Shown here piece after piece: positions 46,856 through 56,885 of a stretch of 64,000 bases of DNA. The translations under genes and the position numbers were made by a program. Under the pieces are notes generated by a model. That model was not told the origin of the DNA, made no database searches, and saw nothing but the letters and a program-made list of their open reading frames with translations. The stretch is taken from contig CAXXJJ010000001.1 of the NCBI GenBank assembly GCA_963667015.2, positions 1 through 64,000 on the forward strand. The letters are read 5' to 3'. Positions within the stretch are counted from its first letter, which is position 1, and the number at the start of each line of letters is the position of its first letter. This DNA is from Desulfatiglandales bacterium (GTDB taxonomy: Bacteria > Desulfobacterota > DSM-4660 > Desulfatiglandales > HGW-15).

Positions 46856-49800
46856 CTATTCTTCAGGACGATCGGGGATCATTTTACAGGCATGAACTGC
46901 AATACGCACAGGTTTTTGAATCGTTATCCATGCTATACTTGCTGAACTATCTTCCCAGCTAATTTCAGCGTTTGGCAACGTTGGTGCCGAGGCATTCAAA
47001 TATACATCGTCCATCAATAATTCCTCACCCGTTTCGGTATCTGTATTCCACAAGTCTTGTATATGCCCCCAGCTGATGGCATTCCAATCTGCAGGATCAC
47101 TTGTTTCAGGAGCAGTTGCCATATCCATTCCAAATCGTGATTCAGAGACCCTTTCTTCAATTACAAAGTACCAACCGGCTGAGTTATCAGTCGGATTCAT
47201 ATTACCCTTTGCCATTGAATCCTTAATATCAAAACCAAGGAATGTCACATCGGGCGGAAGCTGACCGCTGAAAATTGGATTTTTAATATCTCCCGGCCAT
47301 TCTTCCTCTGATATATCCACAAGAGAATTATCATCGGGATAATGTTCCGGCAGGGTAGGAACCCGCTTGGGTTGGCCCTGCTTATCTGTTATCCAGCGAC
47401 CCTCTACAGCATAAATCATAGTATTAGGGTATTTCCTGAGGAGATCACCTCTGATAATCAAAACAACTTTTTCATCCTCTTCCCCGGTCGGAATTTTCCT
47501 GCTATCGTTATTCCCCAGCTTGTTTTTTTCCCATGAATGAATCTTTTTAATATCTCTAAGTTTATCTTCCAGGAGATCTTCTGTTAATAATTCTTCGATT
47601 AAAGTATTGAGGTCTTCTTCGGATAATTCTGACACGTCGCCTGTTAGTTTTTCATGTCTCAAGAGGATCAACCTCTTTTCATCATCAGTTAAATCAGCGA
47701 CACTATCAACAGGCTTTTCATTAAAATATTCTTCTAACAAAGTTTCGAGTTCATCTTCTTTTGGTATATAATTGCTGACATCCCAGAATTGCCTGAAGTA
47801 GGATCCACGCTGATCTGTGGGGTATTCCCGCCAGCGAAGTTCCCGGGCCATTTCATGATTTAAACCCACCATATAAGATTCCACAAACCTGCTATTGGTC
47901 TTTAAAAGGGCAAGAGTATTTTGCGGTACGGTCTCAAGGCCCGGAAGAAGCAGATCCTGGGAAATGGCCTGTAATGGTTCATACATTGGCCAGTCAAATT
48001 CCGGTGCAGCCATGATCTGATCAAGCGGATCAGCATCCTGTTTACGCTCATGCTTGTTCAAAAAGCGCAGACGTTGCCAGATCCTGGCTGTTATTGTTTT
48101 CTCCGGTTTAAGCTCTTCTAACAGTAATTTTCGGATGTCCTCAAGGTCAATGGAATAACCTTCTTCTATTTTCTCCTCTGGCTCCAGCTTTTCACAAACC
48201 GCCAATAGGGCATCCCAAAAATGAGCTGCCTTTTTGTTGTTTTCACCCTCCGGTGGGCCATGGCTGTCTAAATCTTTTATATTGCCGGTAAAATCAGGAC
48301 GTCCCGGCAATTTCTTTATTGTTTCACATGTTATGTTAGCAGGACAAAACAGATTTAATGCCTCTACAATTTCTTCTTTATCCTTAATATCTACCTCGGG
48401 GTACAATTTTTTAGTTGCCTTCAGAATCTTATACTTTTGCAACAGTCTGAAGGTCATACCGCAGACACTTAAAGCTCCATCAGGATCAGGGTGCCTCCCG
48501 GCTGCGCTCAGTGAACCGTTATTCAGCCGCTCTAAAATATCCTGTGATGGGGTATTATCAGTTCTTTTTTGTCGCTTACGTAAAGGACCACGTCGGCGTC
48601 CAATCCTGTAAAATGCCGGGTCCAATGCGGCGGAAGGGATTCTCGAATCCTTTAAGTATGCGCTGATCGTTCTTGATGGATTAAAGCGAATCTGATTGTG
48701 AACAGGAGATGTCACCCGGATTAATTCGCTCGCTGACATCCTCCCCAACCGTTCCTTGTGAATACTAATAGATGCTTCTCTTCCCATCTGAGCACGATTA
48801 AGGATCTCGTTTGCTTCGTCAACCGGTCCGATCTGATCCCAGGCAGAAGCCATTAGCTGCTCCTGCTGTTTCTGGACCACATTTGTTCCAAAGGCAGCTA
48901 CCATGCGATGACGGGGATCAAGGTTCAAGGTATCGAGCCATGAATCATTTGTAGGGATTACTTCCTTTCGAGCAGCGTGCCAGCGGCCATAAATGGGTGG
49001 AACAATTTTGGGAATTACTGTTCCTTCCTCAATATCTGCCCTTGGTTGATTCACCAGCATTTGCAGGCTTTTCTGAAATGAGTTGACAGGTGTTTCATCG
49101 GTCCATCCTGGTACATCATGCCCCCATGATGTTGGTTCCCTATCAAGTGACATGAGGGCACCTTCCAATCCCAGAACAAGGGGCACAGGTTCCAATTCCC
49201 CGTCAGGTGCATCACGTTTAACGTCATACCCTGGATTTGTGCAATCAACATCCTTAATCCCAAGACCAGTTAGCTTGCGGGGCTCCAGCCGCCTTACAAG
49301 TGCCTCAAAGTCTCCGCGCAGTCCTGTGCGGAACTGCCAGGTGTAATAATAGGGGAGAGCAATACCCGATTCAGTGTAATAAAGCTCATCTCCTGGATTG
49401 AAACCTTCATGCTCCCAGGCCGGCACACTTGCACTGATATCAGAAGACAGCTCCAGGCCGAGTCCGGCCAGCACACCCAGTTTAAAGGAAGGGACAACAA
49501 AGGCCTGGTATAATGTTCCTGTGCGCAGACGCCTTGCGCACATGAGCTGCGAAACAACACTGCTTGGATCGTTCCTGATAAGATCCTTTAATTTGTTTTC
49601 CTGATCTGATCCGGAGAAACGTGCCTCTGCGGTCATCTGTAAATGAGCCCACCGCCAGGCTTCACCCAGGTCCGGTAAAGAAGCTAAATCCGTTTTGGTG
49701 ATAAAAGGCGACCTGGCATCCGGAAAGCTTGAAGCTGGACCTTCTTCAAATTCCTTGTTGTCACCTTCTGCAATTAAAACAATTAACGTAATCCAGGGTG

Positions 49801-50176
49801 TCAGGCGTCTATTTTCATCTGGTTTACATGCAGTAAAGCGCCATGGGAAATCATGTTGTTCAAATTCTAAAAATGGAAAATAATTGGGCTCAAAATCACC
49901 CACATCTTTTTTAGGTTCACATCGGGTAATCACAGTGTCACTAAATCCAATTATATCTCCGGGACCATACATCTCAACCGTTCGAGGAATGGGAGACGAA
50001 GTATCCGAACCCGCTCCATTATGACCAGTCGGCTGTATTTCAATGTTTACAGACACGCGTTGACCGGATGCGCAGACAGTAACATCATCCAGAACATCAT
50101 CGATGAGGGTTGCCAGCCCTTCACGTACCCATGGAAGGAAATAATAATGCCCCAGAATCTCGTTATCTTCTGTCAT
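46856..50176 (-). CDS. Large uncharacterised protein (DUF6603-cassette member)
   Basis: 1106 aa; FLPWVREG, FEPNYFP, PPIYGRWH, NLDPRHR, GLNHEMARELRWREYPTDQRGSYFRQFW, IRGDLLRKYPN; ATGA-coupled to the upstream gene. Confidence 0.8.
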   Translation of the reverse strand: MTEDNEILGHYYFLPWVREGLATLIDDVLDDVTVCASGQRVSVNIEIQPTGHNGAGSDTSSPIPRTVEMYGPGDIIGFSDTVITRCEPKKDVGDFEPNYFPFLEFEQHDFPWRFTACKPDENRRLTPWITLIVLIAEGDNKEFEEGPASSFPDARSPFITKTDLASLPDLGEAWRWAHLQMTAEARFSGSDQENKLKDLIRNDPSSVVSQLMCARRLRTGTLYQAFVVPSFKLGVLAGLGLELSSDISASVPAWEHEGFNPGDELYYTESGIALPYYYTWQFRTGLRGDFEALVRRLEPRKLTGLGIKDVDCTNPGYDVKRDAPDGELEPVPLVLGLEGALMSLDREPTSWGHDVPGWTDETPVNSFQKSLQMLVNQPRADIEEGTVIPKIVPPIYGRWHAARKEVIPTNDSWLDTLNLDPRHRMVAAFGTNVVQKQQEQLMASAWDQIGPVDEANEILNRAQMGREASISIHKERLGRMSASELIRVTSPVHNQIRFNPSRTISAYLKDSRIPSAALDPAFYRIGRRRGPLRKRQKRTDNTPSQDILERLNNGSLSAAGRHPDPDGALSVCGMTFRLLQKYKILKATKKLYPEVDIKDKEEIVEALNLFCPANITCETIKKLPGRPDFTGNIKDLDSHGPPEGENNKKAAHFWDALLAVCEKLEPEEKIEEGYSIDLEDIRKLLLEELKPEKTITARIWQRLRFLNKHERKQDADPLDQIMAAPEFDWPMYEPLQAISQDLLLPGLETVPQNTLALLKTNSRFVESYMVGLNHEMARELRWREYPTDQRGSYFRQFWDVSNYIPKEDELETLLEEYFNEKPVDSVADLTDDEKRLILLRHEKLTGDVSELSEEDLNTLIEELLTEDLLEDKLRDIKKIHSWEKNKLGNNDSRKIPTGEEDEKVVLIIRGDLLRKYPNTMIYAVEGRWITDKQGQPKRVPTLPEHYPDDNSLVDISEEEWPGDIKNPIFSGQLPPDVTFLGFDIKDSMAKGNMNPTDNSAGWYFVIEERVSESRFGMDMATAPETSDPADWNAISWGHIQDLWNTDTETGEELLMDDVYLNASAPTLPNAEISWEDSSASIAWITIQKPVRIAVHACKMIPDRPEE

Positions 50177-53100
50177 GCTGCTACCTCATAGGATGGAACA
50201 ATCTGGATCTTTTGTTCAAGTGCGGGTTTAGCCTTAATAGCATCTTCTAATGCCTGGTCAGCGGCCATGCGTGACATTTTACCGTCATTACCTTCTATCT
50301 CCGTTTCTGCTTTCATATCAATACTTCGAACAATAGTATATCCTTCCTCAAAGACCGAGACATTTGATGCAATACCGTTACGCTGATATTTTTTAAGACC
50401 TCCAGTACGAAGCGCGCTATTTCTTGAAGCTGCCCCTTTCAGAAGACGCCTCACCATTGAACCGGCCAGGCGTGCTTTGTCAGGTTTATCTGCTGTTCGT
50501 GTAATATATTCATCATCAATATATTCAGATTCATATTTGAGATCATATGCCTGAACTTTTTCATTATCAAAAGATGCTGAAACCGGTCTGAATGCAATAC
50601 CGTTTTTTAAAAGCTCGTAGGACGGTTTTGACAATTTATCTTTGTCCGACCATTTTTCAAATTGTCCCCGTGCAAAATAGTCTTTCAGATCATCGACTAT
50701 AAAATTATTCCCTGTTCCGGAGGGCACTATGCTATAAATATGGTATCCGCCAATAGGCGCATTACCATATCTTGAAAGACGAATATCAAGGGGCAACACT
50801 TTCTGGCGCACTTCAAGTGTCCCCGCAGGATGGGCAAGGAGAGGAGTAGTTCCTTCTGCCTGTGATTCTCCATCGCCATTGGCTGCTCTGTTAGAATCTT
50901 CATCTGGTGCCCGTTCAACAGAGCGCAGCGATTCCACCATTTCCCGGCCTGCCGGCAGAGTTGTTCCCCAGCTTTCCGGGCGTTCAAGGGCCGCTACAAA
51001 ATCGTTCCAGGGATTGACCGGCGGCAGCTCTTTTTTATCTCTCCTGCCCCAGGTTTTACTGAAATGAACTTCGATCTCCCACCACAGGATCTCGAAGCTC
51101 GCTTCGCCTTCTGCATGCCAGGGTGTTGTTCCGGCAAGCTGAAGATAAAGCCTGATCGCCATCAAATTGATACCTTCAAAACTGATAGAAATACCAGCCT
51201 TGATAGACACATCAAACCCAAAAGGGGAGAAATAGAACAGGGCATCAAAACCCAGGTAACCATGGACCTTGCATCCACAGGCCTCGGCCTTTAGTTCTGC
51301 CAGTGCTCCGAATTGAAATGAATTAGAAGTCAGCGCCAAATAGACTTCACACGAAAGCCGGGGATTGTTGCCCGACCCGATGCTTAAACAAAGTCGTCTG
51401 AGGGGTGGAAATTGAGGAGGTCTGTTAAACCGCGGATGAAACCCTCCAAGTGAGATGCCGAAATGTGGAATATCTCCCCACCCCAGCCTGAGAGCAGCAT
51501 CACCGCTTAAGGACATTGCAAGTACATGTGAATTATATAAACACGCGTCAATGGCAAGGGTCTTTTTTTCAAAATCAATTGCTCCAAATACATCGAGATG
51601 CAGTTCTATAAGGGCTAAATCTTCATCCGGAAAGGCGGCGGAAAAAAGACCGAGGATAACAATGCGCACCGGACTCGGCAGGGCTATGAAGAAACCAAGC
51701 TCCGCTGTAATTATTGTAGGGCTGCCCCAGCCGACGCGAAGCATGGGCCCAACAACAAACCGGTCATCTTCCGGCGGAAACACCGCCCTTAAATTACTTA
51801 TTATTGTTGGTGCATTCCTGATTGGATCTACCGGAAACAGGATAGAGTCCATTGTGTGTTGACGTATTTCTGTCCGTAAAACATCGACCAGCATATCCCG
51901 GTTGATGCCAATCAAGCCGCCAACAGCGGAGAGTGTAAAACCGAATGAAAGCTGAATGGCAGGAGTAAACTCAACGCCAATACTCACCAGCATAGAAAAT
52001 CCATCCGATCCATCCGGCATTTTCGTTGTAATAAGCCCTATAGCCGTAAGTCCAATATCACCCATTTTAAGTTGCAGAATACCAGCATATCGCTTGTTGA
52101 TATTATCAAAATCAAGAAATCCTCCTCCTTCGATTAGGCCTGCTTTGATAGCAAGGCCGGCACCTTTTGGTGGGAGGAATCCAAGTGAAACATCAAAAAT
52201 GCCAATATTCCCTGAACCATCAGAAGTAGGCTTAAATCCTAATTTAATCCCAACATTGTTAATCGATGCAGTAATAGGGCCTAGCTTTAAGCAGGCAACA
52301 ATACCAGCATTAAAATTAGTCTTAAAGTCTTCAGAATCTGTACCCAGTTTAATCTTTACACAATCAATAATAATAGTATCAAACAGTGTTTTATGAACAG
52401 GGATAGTTAAATCTAACACAGCTCCGCCTGATATATGAAATCCTCCCTGACTAGACCAGCCAACTGTTAATTCAGCATTTATACATTGAGGTGAATCTCC
52501 AAAAACCTTTTTAAGCAATCCATCACTTGAAGAAAAGTCAATAACTACTGTTGCCTTATCTAAAGCGGCTTTAATAGCAAAAATAGGATGTTGAATAGTA
52601 CCTGTTAAAGCGGCTTCTACATGAGCTTTAGAAACTTCAAAACGTGGACCATCAGATGTTCCTATTATTACCCATGGTGAAGTCTCATTCTCAATTTCTA
52701 CTATTGCTGAAGCTGACAATGAATCTTCACTTGATCCTGTTAGTTCTATTGAAACCGAATCAGGGAGTATTTTCGCATTAACAGGTGATGATGCATAGTT
52801 GCCATTTAAAAAAAGGGTAATACCATCACCAAGAGAATAGCTTGTTTGAACGTTTCCTGATACTATCGGAAAAATAACAATTCCAAAAGGGGGGCCGGTG
52901 TTTGTGCCTTCAGCTGGTATAGGAATAGCATTTAATGAAATTTTCAACAGATCTAGAGGATCACCATTTAAATCTCTTAGGATGTAGGGCATTATAGAAA
53001 GCATTTCAATTTTTTCAGGAGATGTTGGTAAGGAATTGTCATAATATTTTTCATATAAATCTTCAGGCACATCCATGACAATTGATGCAACCGGGAGCAT

Positions 53101-53721
53101 CTCAAACATAGCACCAATTGCTTTCAATAAAGTTTTTGCTGAAAAGTCATCTGTTGAGCTATTCCAATTATACGCTGTCTTAAAAGCGTTTTCAGGGTTT
53201 GCTAAAAAGCTTACAAACTGTTCCCAGTCAATGGTTCGATTTAAATAACTTAATCTGAGAGGCTCATCACCGTTACTTTCTATGGCATCTTGCTCAACTT
53301 CATTAAATACGGATCCAAAACGCAATAATGCATATACTAAGGATGAACTATTTTTAACAATATTCCATATGATAGAATTTAATATTTGCTGAGGATATTC
53401 AGACCAAAATAAAGAGGTATTTAAAGGGGTTGGCCAACTTGTATCAGGATTGTGGTTAGTCATCAAACACGTTATTAGACCCGATGCTGCTATTGCCCTC
53501 TGAGTATCATCACCATTCATTTGCTCAAGAAAGGTAATTTCAGTCTCAAAGGCTTCATGTACTTTAATAAAACCTGTTTCGTCAATATTTGGATCTAACT
53601 CCCAGCCAAAATTTGAAAGGAAAAAACGAAAAGAATCTATATTTTCAAAAGAAACATAAAAAGAAGATGTGCTTTTTGCAAATGCATTTAATGCATCTGT
53701 TATGAACTTGATGTTTGACAT
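50173..53721 (-). CDS. DUF6603-like large beta-rich protein
   Basis: PPKGAGL...GGGFL...YAGILQL, GFTLSAVGGLIGINR, GGFHPRF, ALTSNSFQFG, GFDALF; TAATG coupling at 53721. Confidence 0.75.
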   Translation of the reverse strand: MSNIKFITDALNAFAKSTSSFYVSFENIDSFRFFLSNFGWELDPNIDETGFIKVHEAFETEITFLEQMNGDDTQRAIAASGLITCLMTNHNPDTSWPTPLNTSLFWSEYPQQILNSIIWNIVKNSSSLVYALLRFGSVFNEVEQDAIESNGDEPLRLSYLNRTIDWEQFVSFLANPENAFKTAYNWNSSTDDFSAKTLLKAIGAMFEMLPVASIVMDVPEDLYEKYYDNSLPTSPEKIEMLSIMPYILRDLNGDPLDLLKISLNAIPIPAEGTNTGPPFGIVIFPIVSGNVQTSYSLGDGITLFLNGNYASSPVNAKILPDSVSIELTGSSEDSLSASAIVEIENETSPWVIIGTSDGPRFEVSKAHVEAALTGTIQHPIFAIKAALDKATVVIDFSSSDGLLKKVFGDSPQCINAELTVGWSSQGGFHISGGAVLDLTIPVHKTLFDTIIIDCVKIKLGTDSEDFKTNFNAGIVACLKLGPITASINNVGIKLGFKPTSDGSGNIGIFDVSLGFLPPKGAGLAIKAGLIEGGGFLDFDNINKRYAGILQLKMGDIGLTAIGLITTKMPDGSDGFSMLVSIGVEFTPAIQLSFGFTLSAVGGLIGINRDMLVDVLRTEIRQHTMDSILFPVDPIRNAPTIISNLRAVFPPEDDRFVVGPMLRVGWGSPTIITAELGFFIALPSPVRIVILGLFSAAFPDEDLALIELHLDVFGAIDFEKKTLAIDACLYNSHVLAMSLSGDAALRLGWGDIPHFGISLGGFHPRFNRPPQFPPLRRLCLSIGSGNNPRLSCEVYLALTSNSFQFGALAELKAEACGCKVHGYLGFDALFYFSPFGFDVSIKAGISISFEGINLMAIRLYLQLAGTTPWHAEGEASFEILWWEIEVHFSKTWGRRDKKELPPVNPWNDFVAALERPESWGTTLPAGREMVESLRSVERAPDEDSNRAANGDGESQAEGTTPLLAHPAGTLEVRQKVLPLDIRLSRYGNAPIGGYHIYSIVPSGTGNNFIVDDLKDYFARGQFEKWSDKDKLSKPSYELLKNGIAFRPVSASFDNEKVQAYDLKYESEYIDDEYITRTADKPDKARLAGSMVRRLLKGAASRNSALRTGGLKKYQRNGIASNVSVFEEGYTIVRSIDMKAETEIEGNDGKMSRMAADQALEDAIKAKPALEQKIQIVPSYEVAA

Positions 53722-54719
53722 TACCAATTAATCTCCAACATACAATCTGTTATTGGTCTATTAGTAGTACTATCATCTGTTGTAATAGCAAAGTCAATTT
53801 CAAAGCCAGTTTTATATTTTATATTGATCTTATATTGCCACACTCTCACTGTTGCATCTGGATACCTATTGTGTTTAATAGTGCCAAAATTTGGTATATT
53901 AGTTTTTACAATTTCCTCTGTTGCATCATAAGCACTTATACCAGAAGCTCCTGACTCATCTTCTTCAAAAATTACTCCAGGAGGACGGGGATTCCATGGA
54001 GTCATCAAGGCATAACATCTTGGCATGTTATCGTCATTGAAAATATCCTGTATTTCACTTAACCAAGGGCCATCGATATCCATGGCACAATAGATACATG
54101 GTAAAAAAGCTTGTGTCTGCAGTTTGTTGCCCACCTCGCCTAGATAAGCAGGATAAGTCAATATAGTATCCGCCCATCCTTGCCAAAATTTTTTATGAAG
54201 TTTTGTCTGAGGTTCTACATCAAGAAACACAAATATTTTTTTTGCTATCGGAAGTCGATAATCTCCTCTTGTTGATCTTGGGCGTGACCACGGCCCCCAT
54301 TCTTTTAAACGAGTAACAATATTAAAACAAGTTGCCATTGCAGCCTTCTTTCCTTTTTCATAGATTTTTGTATTTGAAATTCTAATACCATCACGTGTTG
54401 TGCCAGCTTGTTCAAAAAAGTACACAAAGCCATTATTTACAAAATCACCATATATATTGACTTGTTTGTTGCTAGTCCAATACCCAGGTGGACTAAATGG
54501 GACTATGTACTGAAAATTATCAAAATTATTTTGTACCAAAGTTTTTAAATTACTTGGCACTTCACCAGTGACCCAATTATTGTCTGTTCTACCAAAATAC
54601 CTTCCAGCAAAAATTGGTTTCTGGTTCCATTTATTAAAAAATTCTATCCAATCTGTTGTCCGATCTGAAATATTGGATGGATCCACGATAGGATCTGCCA
54701 TATCAAAGCCAAGAGTCAT
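53721..54719 (-). CDS. DUF1906 / GH25-like TIM-barrel glycoside hydrolase candidate
   Basis: LGFD, FAGRYF, VFLDVEP, PCIYC, VWQY, IDF pattern; GGAGG RBS; AT-rich. Confidence 0.5.
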   Translation of the reverse strand: MTLGFDMADPIVDPSNISDRTTDWIEFFNKWNQKPIFAGRYFGRTDNNWVTGEVPSNLKTLVQNNFDNFQYIVPFSPPGYWTSNKQVNIYGDFVNNGFVYFFEQAGTTRDGIRISNTKIYEKGKKAAMATCFNIVTRLKEWGPWSRPRSTRGDYRLPIAKKIFVFLDVEPQTKLHKKFWQGWADTILTYPAYLGEVGNKLQTQAFLPCIYCAMDIDGPWLSEIQDIFNDDNMPRCYALMTPWNPRPPGVIFEEDESGASGISAYDATEEIVKTNIPNFGTIKHNRYPDATVRVWQYKINIKYKTGFEIDFAITTDDSTTNRPITDCMLEINW

Positions 54720-54855
54720 CTTATACCTCCATATTCATCGCCACAGTATTCATCACATTATAAATCTTACAATGATTCCAGCATCGAATGGTTAAAGATA
54801 ATTCTTTCTGGAAATATTAACCTTAAAATTACCAGCAATCATTTTATTATTTATC

Positions 54856-56871
54856 TCATATGCCATCTGTTCTGTTCTTCACAATATCAAACCTCAATCC
54901 ACTACTCCCTTCACCTCTACCAGTTATTACTTTTCTTCCTACCCATACATAAGTTTTTCCATCAACCCATCTAACCCGCTGACGGGTCATCTGAACCTTC
55001 TGGCCTGCACGAGGAACCGCCTCTTCATTAAGTCGCTCAAGCTCTCCCAAATCATTAACGGCAGACAGTAGTCGACTCATCGATTTAATTTCCACAGGGA
55101 TTTGATTTTCCTCATTGCGTACCATTCGGGCCTGACGCAGATACACTTCAGGACTGTCATGTGAGATGCTGACAGGAACAAAGGGAATCCAGTTGTCGGG
55201 TACTGTTGTAGAGAGGCGATACTTCGGTAAACCTGTTTCTTCCTCTGTTGTAGTATCGGGTTGCGGACCAAGACCTGCTGCGGCTATGTCTGCCTGTAAT
55301 TGTTTTATCTGCTCTTCCAGTTCTTTAACTTTTGTCTGCAACGATTCACGAGTTTGTACAATTAACTCATTTTGAACAGTCGCCTGCCCACCTAATTGCT
55401 GTAGCAACTGTTCTTTTAATCTCAACAGCCTTGCAAGTTTTTCTCGTAAATCTGCTTCCTGTTCTCTTGCGTGTAGTTCGCTCTGGGCATCAAATCCCTG
55501 GACTGGCTCTCCAAGGCCATTAGGAACAATGTGCTCAATTCCCCACACCATGTTAGCCATTTCATCCCTGATGAAATGCACATCCTCAAGAGGTGATGAT
55601 TCTTCGCCAAAGCGTACTGTAGGCGGAAGGTATAAAAAGTCACCCACTTCATTTGGCTTGTCCTGATAAGACATCCCGAATATCTGCCAGATCTCCCATG
55701 GATTTTCACTTGTGGATCTGGCAGGATGGATTTCGGTCGGCTGGCCGAATACATCAGTGACCGTGAGTTTTTCATCTCTGATCCTGGTGATGGTATTGGT
55801 CTTTGTTTGAATCGGAATGATAAACCAGTCATCACCATAGAGTATGGAAAAATTCATGATCATGAGTTTGGCAAGGTCTGTAGTGGCAGCTTCAACATTG
55901 CCGAAATCTACCTGGTTGTCTTCGAACGCCCACCACCTTGCATGGGGCATACCGGGAAAACTTACGCGGGTGGGTATGCGCTTGTGATTTTTTAATTCAG
56001 GGTTTATGCGGAGACTATTTTTTAGAATGCGAAATGTATACCAGTCCAATTCACCGTTACGGTAATGAGGAGCTATCAGGGTGGTCCTAATACCTTCAGC
56101 TTTGCTTGTATGCAGCTTAAAGGTGTATTCAAGATCTTCGTGCACCCAGGCTGGAGATTGAGAAGGAACAAGTGCCTCCAGGGGACCATAGATGGATACA
56201 TACCATTTAAGCAGCTTATCGATCGCGTGATTAACTACTGCCTCATCATCTCCCAGCCAGGTTGACCAACCGACTGGCAGTTGGATGTCTCCTTCTGTGG
56301 TATGTCCAATGGCTTTCATCAATTCTTTACCATTTATGGCACGGCCTGCAATGACAGACAGGAAACGTTGTGTTGCCCGGTCCATGCTTTCATAATCATC
56401 CGGACCAGGTTTGATTACTTTATATTTTTGACGAAGGTGATAAATGATATTGTTTACATCAATCCCGGTTTCAGAATTCAGTATTCTTTCAAGCTGCTGT
56501 CCGATTCTGACACTGGCTCGACAATCTAATTCTATGTACTCGCGTTCAACAAGCATCTCGAGAGGCGGTGAATTCTCATCCACCTTTATATTCACTCTAT
56601 TACTTCCGCCAAGTGCAGCATGGGTAATGTTTTGACTTATAGTGGTAAAATCGACATTTATGGGAGATCCTGTGTCCTCACCCTGAAACTCGCCGACCTG
56701 CCATTGCCGCGCTATCAACCAGAGCGGATCCGCACTTGCTGTTTTTAGTCCAGGGGCAAAGTTATTATTCCGACATCGAGGTTCAATGCGCCGCCAAAAT
56801 GGAATATAGGGAGCAGCTTGCTGCCCCATTTCAACCATCACCTCGGTAGTACTGTATCCCGGCATCAACAT
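54856..56871 (-). CDS. Uncharacterised protein (DUF6603-cassette member)
   Basis: ADPLWLIARQWQVGEFQGEDTGSP, FPGMPHARWWAFED, YGDDWF, RDEMANMVWGIE, GRGEGSSGLRFD; internal coiled coil. Confidence 0.8.
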   Translation of the reverse strand: MLMPGYSTTEVMVEMGQQAAPYIPFWRRIEPRCRNNNFAPGLKTASADPLWLIARQWQVGEFQGEDTGSPINVDFTTISQNITHAALGGSNRVNIKVDENSPPLEMLVEREYIELDCRASVRIGQQLERILNSETGIDVNNIIYHLRQKYKVIKPGPDDYESMDRATQRFLSVIAGRAINGKELMKAIGHTTEGDIQLPVGWSTWLGDDEAVVNHAIDKLLKWYVSIYGPLEALVPSQSPAWVHEDLEYTFKLHTSKAEGIRTTLIAPHYRNGELDWYTFRILKNSLRINPELKNHKRIPTRVSFPGMPHARWWAFEDNQVDFGNVEAATTDLAKLMIMNFSILYGDDWFIIPIQTKTNTITRIRDEKLTVTDVFGQPTEIHPARSTSENPWEIWQIFGMSYQDKPNEVGDFLYLPPTVRFGEESSPLEDVHFIRDEMANMVWGIEHIVPNGLGEPVQGFDAQSELHAREQEADLREKLARLLRLKEQLLQQLGGQATVQNELIVQTRESLQTKVKELEEQIKQLQADIAAAGLGPQPDTTTEEETGLPKYRLSTTVPDNWIPFVPVSISHDSPEVYLRQARMVRNEENQIPVEIKSMSRLLSAVNDLGELERLNEEAVPRAGQKVQMTRQRVRWVDGKTYVWVGRKVITGRGEGSSGLRFDIVKNRTDGI

Positions 56872-56885
56872 TTTTTTTGGATCTC

